64,000 bases of DNA from an uncultured virus (IMG/VR IMGVR_UViG_3300015610_000939) (lineage: Duplodnaviria > Heunggongvirae > Uroviricota > Caudoviricetes), in the IMG/VR virus record IMGVR_UViG_3300015610_000939. One strand, written 5' to 3'. The notes beneath the pieces were generated by a model. The model was not told where the DNA came from. It was given only the letters and a program-made list of their open reading frames with translations, and searched no databases. Positions 1 to 9,928 of this stretch are shown here, piece by piece. The translations under genes were made by a program, and so were the position numbers. The stretch's first letter is position 1; the number at the start of each line of letters is the position of its first letter.

Positions 1-1325
1 CTATCAAGTCGTACTCGAAGTATTTCCCAACATTCCAGACTGTTTGGCAAAATGTCCTTGTTTCTGCAAATGAGGGAGTTGCTGACACAGCAGAAAACGG
101 AATTCTCGATGCTGACAGGTTCAACAACAACCTGTTCACCTTGGAGAACCTGACTGTTCCATACGTTTCCGCAAGCGGAATTGCCGATGGAACCAAGCCG
201 GAGAACTGGACCTACACCCGTGCTGGTGGAATCGCCACAAACACCACGGCTTTGACCAAGGCCCTGACAGTGTCGGATCTCCTGGACCCAGGAGCCCGTG
301 CTCTTGCCAAGTTCTCCTTTACCCTTCAGGGTGGCTTTGATGGCGTCCGCATCTTCGATGCAGATGCAGCACAGCTCACAAACAAGGCTCTTGCAGAAGA
401 GATGACCTACACAGCTCGTGGTTTGTCCTCGGGTCCTACGGTTTCGTCCTTCACCAAGGCTCTGTCGATCATGCAGGATTCGACGGAAGTTGACATCCAG
501 CTCTTGGCAATGCCTGGAGTTCGTCAGCGCTATGTTACGGACTTGGCAATCCGCTCCGTGGAAGACCGTTTCGACGCTCTTTACCTCATGGACATTGAAG
601 AGAGGGATATCGACAACCTCGTTGTCTCTGGTTCTTCGCAGCGTGTGAGCGTGAACAACACGATTACGAACTTCTCGGGTCGTGGATTGAACAGCTCGTT
701 TGCAGCAGCATATTTCCCTGACCTGACCATGAAGGATGGATACAACCGTGATACGGTCCGTGTTCCTCCAACGGTTGGTGTTCTTGGGGCATTCAGCAAG
801 AACGACGCTGTTGGTTACCCATGGTTCGCTCCTGCCGGTTTCACCAGAGGCGCTCTTGAGTCGTCTGTGGAGCCTGTGGTTCGCCTGTCCAAGGCAAACA
901 TGGACGCTCTTTACGCCGTCAACATCAACCCAATTGTGTCCTTCCCAGGAAGCACAGGACCGGTTGTGTGGGGCCAGAAGACTGTCCTTGCTCGCCAGAG
1001 CTCCATGGACCGCGTGAACGTTCGTAGGCTCTTGATTGCAGTGCGCCGTGAGGTTCGCAAGGTCGCAAACAAGATGCTCTTCGAGCAGTCCCGTGAGGCC
1101 ACGATCGCAAGGTTCAATCAGCAGGTGACTCCAATCCTGAAGAAGATTCAGGACCAGAGGGGACTTGATGGATTCAAGGTTGCAATTGACACCTCAACCA
1201 CAACCCAGGCCGACTTGGAAAACAAGACGATCAGGGGCAAGGTCTTCATCATTCCGACGAAGACGCTCGAATTCCTCTCGGTGGACTTCGTAATTACCAA
1301 CAGGGGCAACTTTTCCCAAGGATGA
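1..1325 (+). CDS. Contractile tail sheath protein (5' partial)
   Basis: Frame is open from the window start. Sheath C-terminal motifs PWFAPAGFTRG, INPIVSFPG, VWGQKT, RVNVRRLL, PTKTLEFLSVDF. Confidence 0.95.
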   Translation, partial: IKSYSKYFPTFQTVWQNVLVSANEGVADTAENGILDADRFNNNLFTLENLTVPYVSASGIADGTKPENWTYTRAGGIATNTTALTKALTVSDLLDPGARALAKFSFTLQGGFDGVRIFDADAAQLTNKALAEEMTYTARGLSSGPTVSSFTKALSIMQDSTEVDIQLLAMPGVRQRYVTDLAIRSVEDRFDALYLMDIEERDIDNLVVSGSSQRVSVNNTITNFSGRGLNSSFAAAYFPDLTMKDGYNRDTVRVPPTVGVLGAFSKNDAVGYPWFAPAGFTRGALESSVEPVVRLSKANMDALYAVNINPIVSFPGSTGPVVWGQKTVLARQSSMDRVNVRRLLIAVRREVRKVANKMLFEQSREATIARFNQQVTPILKKIQDQRGLDGFKVAIDTSTTTQADLENKTIRGKVFIIPTKTLEFLSVDFVITNRGNFSQG

Positions 1326-1331
1326 TGAGAG

Positions 1332-2123
1332 ATGAGTAGTAAGATCAAGGAAACAAGGCTGCCAGTCCAATTCATTAAGCCCGGAGATATCCGAGCCATG
1401 GTAAATTGGCTTGATTTGCCGCAAAACCACGACGCAGCAGTGAACGCCATTGCTGTTGTCCCTGACTCAAAGCGTGATCGAGCCTTTGTTGACTTCCTTG
1501 CTTCGTCCCCAGCCTTCCAGGGGTGGGAATACAACCAAATTGCACAGGCAGTCGACCAAGCCAACGAAATGGACTTGATGGAGAAGAAAATGAAAAAGAG
1601 CGATCTCAAGAAGCTGGTTTCCGAGGCCGTAAAGGGTGGAATCCAAAAGGCAATCCAAGAAAAGAAGACCGCCCCAAAGGCAAAGATCAGCAAGACAGCA
1701 CTTGCTGAGGCTGTCCGCAAGGTTGTTCGTTCTTCTCTTCAGGAGATGGGTATGCCAGGGGGAGCAATGCCTCCAGCAGGCAAGCCATCGGGTTCCATGA
1801 TGACAGCTCCAACCCAGGAGGGTGTTTTGGACGGTGATCCAAAGAGAAGAAGCTCTTCCTTTGGTCAGCTTCCATCTCCAGAGGAGCTTCAGGCTGCTTT
1901 GGACGCTGATGGTGGTTGGTCGATGACCCTTCGTGGTTCGGACGCCCGTTCGTTCGAAGCTGCAATGGCAAAGGCTGGAATGGATTCGGGCGAAGCAGAG
2001 GCAATGATGGATACCGGAGAGGGTATGCACAAGGTTCTTTCCGCTCTCTTGGATTCCGGTGATGAGAATGCAGAGAACCTTGCCTCGGGCATCATGGATG
2101 TCCTTGGTTGGGAGTGGATCTGA
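1332..2123 (+). CDS. Hypothetical protein, possibly internal head protein
   Basis: 263 aa ORF directly after sheath; internal MKKSDLKKLVSEAV..IQE-type helices. Confidence 0.6.
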   Translation: MSSKIKETRLPVQFIKPGDIRAMVNWLDLPQNHDAAVNAIAVVPDSKRDRAFVDFLASSPAFQGWEYNQIAQAVDQANEMDLMEKKMKKSDLKKLVSEAVKGGIQKAIQEKKTAPKAKISKTALAEAVRKVVRSSLQEMGMPGGAMPPAGKPSGSMMTAPTQEGVLDGDPKRRSSSFGQLPSPEELQAALDADGGWSMTLRGSDARSFEAAMAKAGMDSGEAEAMMDTGEGMHKVLSALLDSGDENAENLASGIMDVLGWEWI

Positions 2124-2413
2124 TGAAAGTCAAAGACCTGAAGCACATGGTCCAGGAAGCCGTGCAGAAGGCGATCAGGGAGAACCTCGACCGTCCTGTT
2201 GATGCTTCGGACCTTGACGACGCAACACAGCTTTTGATGTTGATTACCGGCCGAATTATGTCGGCTCACGGAAAGGATATTCCTTCCGAGGTGATCCAAA
2301 AGGCTGTTCATCACATTGAGCAAGCTGATGGCATCTTGGCGGCAGCCGGTCTGAAAGCAGACGAAGCTGACGTGAGAGGAATCGCCGAGTCGATTAGCAA
2401 GCAAAAAAGATAA
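2123..2413 (+). CDS. Hypothetical protein, possibly virion-associated
   Basis: ATG overlaps upstream TGA (TGATG); N-terminus MKVKDLKHMVQEAVQKAIRE. Confidence 0.6.
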   Translation: MKVKDLKHMVQEAVQKAIRENLDRPVDASDLDDATQLLMLITGRIMSAHGKDIPSEVIQKAVHHIEQADGILAAAGLKADEADVRGIAESISKQKR

Positions 2414-2446
2414 GCGAATACTTATCGGAGAAGAGAGTAAGAACAA

Positions 2447-2935
2447 ATGGCTACCACACTCGGCGTAGAAGACATGCTTGTCACCAAGTTTCAACCACTT
2501 GCCAAGCGTCAATTCATCCTGGCAATTGAAGGAATCGACGCATTCCTTGTGAAGACGGCTTCTCGCCCAACTTTCACAACGGAAGAGGTCGCCATTCCGT
2601 TCATGAATCAAACACGGTACATTGGAGGTAAGACGACCTTCAACACAATGACCGTGACAATGCACGATCCTGTTGGTCCTTCGGGAGCCCAGCAGGTTAT
2701 GGAGTGGATTCGTGCCAAGTACGAGTCGGTTACTGGCCGTGAGGGCTATGCCGACTTCTACAAGCGCGACATCCAGTTGAAGCTCCTTGATCCAGTCGGA
2801 ACGGTTGTTCAGCTTTGGGATATCAAGGGTGCATTCATCACGGAAGCAAACTTCAACGACCTTTCCTACGAAGGATCGGACCTCGTTGAGATTTCGCTCA
2901 CACTTCGCTACGACAACGCTGTCCTGCAATTTTAG
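2447..2935 (+). CDS. Tail tube protein (T4 gp19-like)
   Basis: 162 aa, downstream of sheath; typical GAQQVMEW, GYADFYKRDIQLKLLDPVG..W.IKGAF, ISLTLRYD. Confidence 0.92.
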   Translation: MATTLGVEDMLVTKFQPLAKRQFILAIEGIDAFLVKTASRPTFTTEEVAIPFMNQTRYIGGKTTFNTMTVTMHDPVGPSGAQQVMEWIRAKYESVTGREGYADFYKRDIQLKLLDPVGTVVQLWDIKGAFITEANFNDLSYEGSDLVEISLTLRYDNAVLQF

Positions 2936-2995
2936 TCTTACTTGCAGCTTGCATTTGTCAAACATTGCGGTATCCTCTTTTGGAGGTTGCCTACA

Positions 2996-3862
2996 ATGTT
3001 CAAATGCCCCGACTGTTCTCTTGAGTTTCCCAAACTCATTTCTCTTTCCATCCATTACCATTCTACGCACAAAAAGGATGCCAAGTCCCTATACATTGCA
3101 TTGAATTGCGATGGCGTAGAGCCGACTTGTAAGTGTGGATGTGGCGGAGCTGTCAAGTATCTCGGGATCGAAGAGGGGTTTCGGGAATACATCCGTGGTC
3201 ATGTTGCTCGGGTGCACAACAATTGGGGGCATAATGACAAGGCCAGAGAGAAGTCTTTGGCAACTCGTCGCCAGATGCTTGAAGAAGGCGCCTGGAAGCC
3301 CTTTACAAGCTCGGAGACGGGTGAGCATTGGGGTAAGGGACTTACCAAGGAAACGGACTCTAGAATCGCTCGTATGAGCGAATCCATTAAGAGTAATTCC
3401 AAGGAAATCAGAAGGCGCTCAGAGCAAATGCGCCAAAATCGGCTGAATGGTGTTATTCCAACACTTCGTGGCCCTGATCATTCTCAATGGAAAGGAGGTG
3501 TTTCTCCTTTGCTTGCAATTTGTCACGCCAACAAGAAGTTGTTCGATTTGTGGAAATATCCTAAACTGGTCCTAGCGAGCTTTGCTTGCGAAGTCTGCAA
3601 GCGATCCCGAGCACAAGAGCCCCGCCCAATTTTAGAAGTCCACCATGATAAAGTGAAAATGGCGACAATTGTCAGGTTAATTGCCGAAGAAAAAGGATGG
3701 GATGACCATTATGCGTTGTCTCCGTCTACTGACGCGAACACTATGGTGCTAAAAACAGAAATTGCCGAGGCTGTTGCGGACTACCACATTCTGAACAATG
3801 TTTCCGGTGTGGTGTTGTGTGAAGAGTGTCACGAACAGCAGCACTCGAAATACAACTTCTAA
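2996..3862 (+). CDS. Free-standing HNH homing endonuclease with N-terminal Zn-finger modules
   Basis: CPDC..H...H and CKCGCG; WKGG; CEVC..EVHH...LCEECH. ATG 2996 has GGAGGT SD and a TTGCAT..TATCCT promoter-like sequence. Confidence 0.8.
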   Translation: MFKCPDCSLEFPKLISLSIHYHSTHKKDAKSLYIALNCDGVEPTCKCGCGGAVKYLGIEEGFREYIRGHVARVHNNWGHNDKAREKSLATRRQMLEEGAWKPFTSSETGEHWGKGLTKETDSRIARMSESIKSNSKEIRRRSEQMRQNRLNGVIPTLRGPDHSQWKGGVSPLLAICHANKKLFDLWKYPKLVLASFACEVCKRSRAQEPRPILEVHHDKVKMATIVRLIAEEKGWDDHYALSPSTDANTMVLKTEIAEAVADYHILNNVSGVVLCEECHEQQHSKYNF

Positions 3863-3898
3863 CGTGGCCTTCGGGCTTTCTCTTGCAGAACTCGAAGC

Positions 3899-4831
3899 TT
3901 ACCTTCCTTTTCTTCTTTTTGCTTCGGCATCTTGGTTGCATTCTTGGCAGTAGGGGACAGCCAAGACCCAACCCTCTTGGTTGTGGTAGTTCACTACTTC
4001 CGCAATAACACGGTGGAACAAGCCAGTTCCTCCCATGGATGCCTCCAGGCTATCGTAATCCTTCATGACCTCATCGGCGGTTGTTGCCAACTTGTTGAGA
4101 GCAATGAGGATGATTTCATGGAAGAGTGGGTTCTGGTGGTGGATCTGCTTTCCTTCCGCTGATCGGCAGTGGAAACAAGGTGGAATACCGTGGAACATAT
4201 GCACGTACTTGGAGTAAACAGCTCCTCTCCACTCCACGTTGATCTCTTTGCTGTCCCGGATAATGTCCGAGAGTCGAGAGAAGGCACTCTTCTTTGTGGG
4301 GCTTCCTGCAATGACCCTCGCAAGCTCAAGAGTCTCCACCCTGGAAGGTGATTCCTTGATGCCCTCTGTTGGCTTTGTGGTGGCTTCTGCTGGCGGCTCA
4401 GCCTCGACAAGGAGGGTCTGCTGTTCCTGTACTGGGCGGACCTTCTTGATCCTCTCAACGGCTTCCACGACCGGCTTCTTTCGCCTGACAAGCATGGCTT
4501 GGAGGGAAACCAAAGAGGTTGGCTGAATTAGCATTGCCAACATCAAGGAACGAACACCATGCTTGAATCCCTCTCCTGAAGGGTCACAGAAGGGACGGTG
4601 ATACTTCTGCTCGTATGCCTTGAAGAAGTCACGCTTGTGGTTGTTGTCCAGGAAGTGATCCCACAATGCACCCCATCGAAGGAAGGTCAAGGTGCAAGGA
4701 CAACCTGGGACCGGGCAGGTTATTCCCTTGGGATTCTTACTGAAATAGGCGTCAAGGTCAGACTTGACCTCGTGTTCTTTTCGGTTCCTTTGCTCTGTCA
4801 TGAGCGAGAAAAATGTCTTCATGGCTTCCAT
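3899..4831 (-). CDS. Zn-finger / HNH-like protein
   Basis: CPVPGC..H...H N-terminal; CFHC..QIHH...YCQECN C-terminal, resembling the C-terminal domain of 2996-3862. Confidence 0.55.
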   Translation of the reverse strand: MEAMKTFFSLMTEQRNRKEHEVKSDLDAYFSKNPKGITCPVPGCPCTLTFLRWGALWDHFLDNNHKRDFFKAYEQKYHRPFCDPSGEGFKHGVRSLMLAMLIQPTSLVSLQAMLVRRKKPVVEAVERIKKVRPVQEQQTLLVEAEPPAEATTKPTEGIKESPSRVETLELARVIAGSPTKKSAFSRLSDIIRDSKEINVEWRGAVYSKYVHMFHGIPPCFHCRSAEGKQIHHQNPLFHEIILIALNKLATTADEVMKDYDSLEASMGGTGLFHRVIAEVVNYHNQEGWVLAVPYCQECNQDAEAKRRKGR

Positions 4832-4876
4832 TGTAGCTCTAGCGAGGCAGAGAATTCACTGCCATAGTTACCAAAG

Positions 4877-5335
4877 ATGAACAAGGCGCTAGAAGAACTG
4901 ATCCTGGAGTTCGCAAGGAGAGAGGTCAAGAAGGCTCTCTCTGAGGGAAGCAAGTATTATCGCAAATCCAAGCTTCACCCCGACAACTTGCGTCTTGGGA
5001 AGAAGAAGTTGAACATTGACACCAGAAAAGACCGTCAGGAACACGAGATTGCTCTCCTGAAGTCACAGTTGACAACTGTCCTTCAGACGCTCGATGAATA
5101 CCCTGCACCAGAAGTGGTACTAACTGACCCTAAGACTCAGAGACAGACACAAGGGCAGGATACCAAGGGGCAGGCATTGGCTGTTAGCACAGCAGCGAAG
5201 ATCCTCAAGGGTGTGACCACACCAAAAAAGGACATTCACGCCTTGGCTATGTACATTGTCGCCCTCGGTGTTTTCCCAAGGGTTCCGTTCTCTTCCTTGA
5301 TGAGAGCCTTGGTGGAAATCTTCCAAAAGCGTTGA
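4877..5335 (+). CDS. Hypothetical protein
   Basis: 152 aa ORF; TAGTTA motif 6 nt upstream of ATG. Confidence 0.6.
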   Translation: MNKALEELILEFARREVKKALSEGSKYYRKSKLHPDNLRLGKKKLNIDTRKDRQEHEIALLKSQLTTVLQTLDEYPAPEVVLTDPKTQRQTQGQDTKGQALAVSTAAKILKGVTTPKKDIHALAMYIVALGVFPRVPFSSLMRALVEIFQKR

Positions 5336-5432
5336 GCGTTAACCAACGTGCGAATTCTGTCGAAAATTGTCCTGACCACTATGTACGGCCAAGAGCAAGA
5401 GCTCGCCGTAACGAGAAAAGGATTCAAGGACA

Positions 5433-6290
5433 ATGTCAGGAATGTCGCCAGAAGATGACAGGGCAGTAAGAAACGCTATCTTCGCTGCACGCCAAGCCGC
5501 AGAGGGAAACAAGGTTTCCGCTGTCCCAATGCAGGAAATTCAAATCCCAAGCGCTCAGGTACCTCTGCCAAGCCGAGGATTGGTTTATCCCGTGGGTTCT
5601 CCATTGCACGGCAAGGAGTTCATTGATATCAAGGGCATGACAACTCAAGAGGAAGATATCCTTATGTCGCGTGCCCTGATCAAGAAGGGTACAGTGATCA
5701 CCGAGTTGATCCGTTCGTGCCTTCTCACCCCAGGAGTTTCGGTCAACGATCTCCTTGCTGGTGACAGGAACGCCTTGATGGTTGCAATCCGTATTACAGG
5801 ATACGGACCAGAGTACACCCCAGTTGTTCAGTGCCCGTCTTGTGAGCAAAAGACGGAATACCCAATCAACCTGAGCGACCTGGACATCAAGCCGCTCGAA
5901 CTCGATCCCGTGGAGCCTGGAGTGAACAAGTTCGCCTTCAAGCTTCCTGTTTCAGGAAAGGTTGTAGCGTTCCGCTTCTTGACAGGCAGGGACGAGGAAG
6001 AGATTGCGGCAATTGTCGAGGCAAAGAAAAAGAAGGGTCTTGCTGTTGACAGCGTGATCACAACCCGTCTGACTTCTTGCGTTCTCTCGATTGATGGCGT
6101 TGAGGATCGCAACACGATTGCCAAGACCATCACCTACCTGCCAGCAAGGGACTCTCTGGCCCTCCGCAAGTACATGGAGCAGCATGAGCCGGGAATTGAC
6201 ATGCGTTGTCAGTTCGAGTGTCCAAATTGTGGACACACCGAGGAGGTTGCTGTCCCAATGGGAGCCTCCTTTTTTTGGCCTAACTCCTGA
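5433..6290 (+). CDS. Baseplate hub / tail assembly chaperone (T4 gp26-like)
   Basis: LPSRGLVYP, MTTQEEDIL, GDRNALMVAIRITGYG, two CxxC motifs, ends FFWP. Confidence 0.8.
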   Translation: MSGMSPEDDRAVRNAIFAARQAAEGNKVSAVPMQEIQIPSAQVPLPSRGLVYPVGSPLHGKEFIDIKGMTTQEEDILMSRALIKKGTVITELIRSCLLTPGVSVNDLLAGDRNALMVAIRITGYGPEYTPVVQCPSCEQKTEYPINLSDLDIKPLELDPVEPGVNKFAFKLPVSGKVVAFRFLTGRDEEEIAAIVEAKKKKGLAVDSVITTRLTSCVLSIDGVEDRNTIAKTITYLPARDSLALRKYMEQHEPGIDMRCQFECPNCGHTEEVAVPMGASFFWPNS

Positions 6291-6549
6291 AGATAGAGCC
6301 AAGGTTATCCTTGAGCCCTTCTTCGCTCTCGGTTACTACTTCGGGATGACTTCCTGGAAGGACTTCTACAACTTCCCGATCATCTATCGCAGGTGGTTGA
6401 TCAAGAGAATCAACGAGGAGATTCAGAAGGCCGCTGAAGCTCAGAATGGTCAAACGAGTAAGGGACTGCACGACAACACACCCGACATTCGTTCACTGAC
6501 AAACAAGTCGAGGCCAGAGGTTCCAGCAAAGCTGAGAAGATTTACTTGA
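6271..6549 (+). CDS. Chaperone C-terminal extension in +1 frame (probable frameshift product; gp51/GT-like)
   Basis: FFGLTPEDR...FYNFPIIYRRWLIKRI begins at the T7 run 6270-6276; no ATG before the conserved-looking part. Confidence 0.6.
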   Translation, partial: FFGLTPEDRAKVILEPFFALGYYFGMTSWKDFYNFPIIYRRWLIKRINEEIQKAAEAQNGQTSKGLHDNTPDIRSLTNKSRPEVPAKLRRFT

Positions 6550-6581
6550 CAAGAGTGGTTGGGGGGATTACCGCTCTTTGG

Positions 6582-7289
6582 ATGACAAAAGAAATCAAGA
6601 AAGTCAGCTTTGACGGCACTCCATTCTCCATTGAGTGTACTCCGAGGCAAACGGGCCCAAAAACATGGGGGATTGTTGACGTTGAGATATTCCGAGATGG
6701 TCAACCAATCGGAAAGTACACCCGTGGGTATCCTGCGTACTCCGAGAAAACTTTCTGCCCCTTTGAGCACAAGGGTGTTTGGTACGCCCTCTATTCGGAG
6801 AATTATTCCAAGCTCCAGGTTGCTCGGTTGCAAAACGACCAAGGCCAACCGGCATTTGAACCTTGGTGTGACGACTCTGGTGGAACTCACCCTGGGTTTT
6901 GTCCAACAGAAGTCTATATCCCACAGGTGAAAGAGCACCTTCGTTCCTATCGCATGGGCGGCGAAGAAGTGGAATACTGGCGCGCCACTTGGGATAACCA
7001 GCCAGAGTACAATGAGCCGGAGGAAGAAGGGGAACCACCTCCGAAGGAAACGAGGTTGAGGTTCGCCTCCTTCGGCTTCCTTTGTGGTTGCTATTGGGGG
7101 GATGACTCTTTGTGGAAGATTCGCTTCATTGATCTGAGCGAGGTCCACAACAAGGTCATGAAGATCACGGAGAGATGGGGATATTGCCCTCTTCCGGCCA
7201 AACCCTTGCGTGAGTGTGTGATCCTGGACGAGGATGATACAAACGGTGAGTTGATTGGTGTCCTAAAGGTCGTTTACAACGACAAATAG
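6582..7289 (+). CDS. Hypothetical protein
   Basis: Long ORF; TTGACA at 6546 upstream of ATG 6582. Confidence 0.6.
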   Translation: MTKEIKKVSFDGTPFSIECTPRQTGPKTWGIVDVEIFRDGQPIGKYTRGYPAYSEKTFCPFEHKGVWYALYSENYSKLQVARLQNDQGQPAFEPWCDDSGGTHPGFCPTEVYIPQVKEHLRSYRMGGEEVEYWRATWDNQPEYNEPEEEGEPPPKETRLRFASFGFLCGCYWGDDSLWKIRFIDLSEVHNKVMKITERWGYCPLPAKPLRECVILDEDDTNGELIGVLKVVYNDK

Positions 7290-7320
7290 AGCGGGCGGGG
7301 TACCCTAATTAACGGGTAAC

Positions 7321-8025
7321 ATGACCACCCCACTCCATAGGTACATCGAAGCTGCCATCAACCTCTACCTCAGTGAGGACTTTGATGCCTCGACCGCTCC
7401 AGTAAGAAAACCCTCTTCTTCTGGAAGCTCTGCGCCACAAGTAGCGTTCAACTTCGATGAACTACGCAAACTGGGGGATCTTAACGCTGTCCTGGAGTAC
7501 GTCAACAAGACCCTGGGGAGAGCTCTCCTTGGCGAAGGTCAAGGAAGACTCGTTTACCGTTTGGGGAACGGTAAGGTCTTGAAGGTTGCCAAGAATGACG
7601 GAGGGATTGGGCAGAACCAAGCCGAGGCTACTGTTTGCGCTTCCTCGGCAGATGTGGTTTCTCTCTTTCCGAAGACATTTGAGCAGAGTCCAGCGGGCTT
7701 TTGGATCTTGGTTGAGGAAGCTCAGCCAATGACAGAGGATGCCTTTAGGTCGCTCACCGAACTTCCTTGGAAGACGTTTTGGTCAGCTCTCAAGGGTGCA
7801 TTTGCTGGTAAGGCTTCCAATGTGACTCCCCAGGACCAGCAGAACTACGCTCAAGCCTCGACAAATCAGTTCTTTGCTAGGGTTGTAAAGGCCATTCGTG
7901 ATTGCAAGTACGAGCCAGGAGATATTGCCAAGCTTGACTCATGGGGAATCGTTGGTGGGAAGGCCGTAATTATCGACTCCGGGTTTACCGAGGCTGTCAA
8001 CAAGACGTATTACGGCAAGGGTTGA
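7321..8025 (+). CDS. Protein-kinase-like fold protein
   Basis: Gly-rich LGEGQGRLVY, VLKVAK lysine, QNQAE glutamate, GDIAKLDSWG loop, IIDSG (DFG-like). Confidence 0.65.
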   Translation: MTTPLHRYIEAAINLYLSEDFDASTAPVRKPSSSGSSAPQVAFNFDELRKLGDLNAVLEYVNKTLGRALLGEGQGRLVYRLGNGKVLKVAKNDGGIGQNQAEATVCASSADVVSLFPKTFEQSPAGFWILVEEAQPMTEDAFRSLTELPWKTFWSALKGAFAGKASNVTPQDQQNYAQASTNQFFARVVKAIRDCKYEPGDIAKLDSWGIVGGKAVIIDSGFTEAVNKTYYGKG

Positions 8026-8066
8026 ACCAGCAACATTCTGGTTTCAGAAGGCGATACTCCATAACC

Positions 8067-8636
8067 ATGAGCAAGCTAGAAGTCATTTGCGGTCCCATGT
8101 TTGCAGGCAAGACAGAGGAACTCATTCGTCGAGTCAAGCGCTGCACCATCTCTGGTCAAGACATCCAAGTTTTCAAGCCATCTATGGATTACAGGTATGG
8201 CGTGGAGAGGATTGTCTCCCACGGGAAGACAGACCTTGAGTCTGCTACCGGAGTCAAGCCTGTTCCGATCAACACCAAGGAGAGGTTCGTTGTTGGGGAC
8301 AACACAAAGGTTGTCGCATTTGACGAAGTCCAGTTCTTTGATCCAAGCTGGATCGTCCCCGTTGTTGACGGACTGCTTGCTGACGGGATTCGTGTGATCT
8401 GTGCTGGCCTTGATATGAACACCTATGGGGAGCCGTTTGGCGCGGTCCCAGTTCTTCTTGCCAAGGCAGATGAAGTGACGAAGCTCAAGGCTATCTGTGT
8501 CTGCTGCAAGGAAGACGCTGGAAGGACCTACAGGGAGCTTCCGTATGCCAAGACGGGTGAAGCTGTGGAGGTTGGTGGTCATGGGCTCTACGAGCCCCGC
8601 TGTGGCGCTTGCTGGAAGCCAACTCCCAGGAGTTGA
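8067..8636 (+). CDS. tdk: Thymidine kinase
   Basis: GPMFAGKTEEL Walker A, FDEVQFF, AGLD, C-terminal Zn cysteines, YEPRC. Confidence 0.95.
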   Translation: MSKLEVICGPMFAGKTEELIRRVKRCTISGQDIQVFKPSMDYRYGVERIVSHGKTDLESATGVKPVPINTKERFVVGDNTKVVAFDEVQFFDPSWIVPVVDGLLADGIRVICAGLDMNTYGEPFGAVPVLLAKADEVTKLKAICVCCKEDAGRTYRELPYAKTGEAVEVGGHGLYEPRCGACWKPTPRS

Positions 8637-8701
8637 CTTTTTGGATAACAGCTCTACGCTTACTCTGTCAAGTTCAACTTCTCACCATTATTAGGATCTA
8701 T

Positions 8702-9376
8702 ATGGAAGATAATCTACAAGCCATCCTTACCGCTAAGCTGAAGAACGAAAAGAGCAAGCTCTTTGAGAGTTCACTAAACCGGATCATGTCCCATGTCAAC
8801 AAGGCGAAGGAGGAGGGATTTGCAATTCTCACTTCCTGGCGTCAGTCCAACGACAAGAAGACCAATCTGGCGAACTTCCAGGCCCTACAAAGCTTCGTTC
8901 GAGCCAAGGGATTGGGCTACATTCAACTACGTGGACACTGGCGGGAGTGCCAAGACACCTCCGTCCCCTACGATCAATGCCCTCCCGACAAACTGGTCGA
9001 TAGCGTCGAGCCATCATTGATGGTATTCAAAATTGACCTGGAGACGGCCAATCGTCTTGGAAAGCATTTTGATCAGGATGCTGTTGTCTACGCTGGTCCA
9101 GAAACAGGCGGACAGGTTCGGCTGCACTTCAAGAACGGCGATACGATGGACCTCGGCCAGTTTAATCCAATGACCATTGGGCAGGCATACTCAGAGTACC
9201 GTTCCAAGCAAGACAAAGAACAGAAGAAAAGTTCGCTGCCTCGCGCAGAGCGCCATTTTACTTTTGAAGGACACAGCTACCCAGCTCAGTCCTTTATTGA
9301 GAAGCTTGCTGAGTCTGCTATTGAGAAAAACATTCAAATTCTCAATGAAGGACTCAAGACACTCCCAAACAAGTAA
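8702..9376 (+). CDS. Conserved phage protein (DUF3293-like)
   Basis: LFESSLNRI, FAILTSWR, GLGYIQLRGHW, E.SL, LGKHFDQDAV. Confidence 0.55.
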   Translation: MEDNLQAILTAKLKNEKSKLFESSLNRIMSHVNKAKEEGFAILTSWRQSNDKKTNLANFQALQSFVRAKGLGYIQLRGHWRECQDTSVPYDQCPPDKLVDSVEPSLMVFKIDLETANRLGKHFDQDAVVYAGPETGGQVRLHFKNGDTMDLGQFNPMTIGQAYSEYRSKQDKEQKKSSLPRAERHFTFEGHSYPAQSFIEKLAESAIEKNIQILNEGLKTLPNK

Positions 9377-9379
9377 CGC

Positions 9380-9925
9380 TCAAAGCTTTCCGATGTAATC
9401 GAGCCCCATATATCCAAGCTCGAATCCACGGATTTCTCCATTCTTCATTTTCATTCTGAAGTCCCGGAGAGGCATTTTGAGGATGGAAACGAACTCATTT
9501 GGGTCCAGCGATTGGTGATCGACTTTCTTTGCATTGATCACGAGAACGCAGTGCCTCCAGCCCGTTGAGTATGGAGAGTATGGAAGTTTACCAAGGTAGG
9601 TGGCATCCCCCACGTATCCGGTCTCTTCCCTGAGTTCCCTGATTCCACCTTCCAGTGGGTTCTCTCCCGTATCCAAGCCGCCACCTGGGAGTTCCAGTTC
9701 AAGCTGCTCTGTCCCAGGGCGAAACTGTTGAACCAGGACCACATCGGGTTCAATACCCGGCTCGCCTTTGGTGATGCAGAGAACTTGAACGGAGTCCTTC
9801 CCCAAGTCAACAAAGAAAGTCTCTTCCAGTCCATTGGGAAGCTGGAAGGTCTTAACGCAGATTCTCTTGTGGAAGCCGTCAGGGTGAACCAGCTTCAGAA
9901 CCTTCTCGGCTACCTTGGAGAACAT
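9380..9925 (-). CDS. Nudix hydrolase (ADP-ribose pyrophosphatase-like)
   Basis: QQFRPG..LELPGG and Nudix box GGLDTGENPLEGGIRELREETGY. Confidence 0.9.
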   Translation of the reverse strand: MFSKVAEKVLKLVHPDGFHKRICVKTFQLPNGLEETFFVDLGKDSVQVLCITKGEPGIEPDVVLVQQFRPGTEQLELELPGGGLDTGENPLEGGIRELREETGYVGDATYLGKLPYSPYSTGWRHCVLVINAKKVDHQSLDPNEFVSILKMPLRDFRMKMKNGEIRGFELGYMGLDYIGKL

Positions 9926-9928
9926 GGG

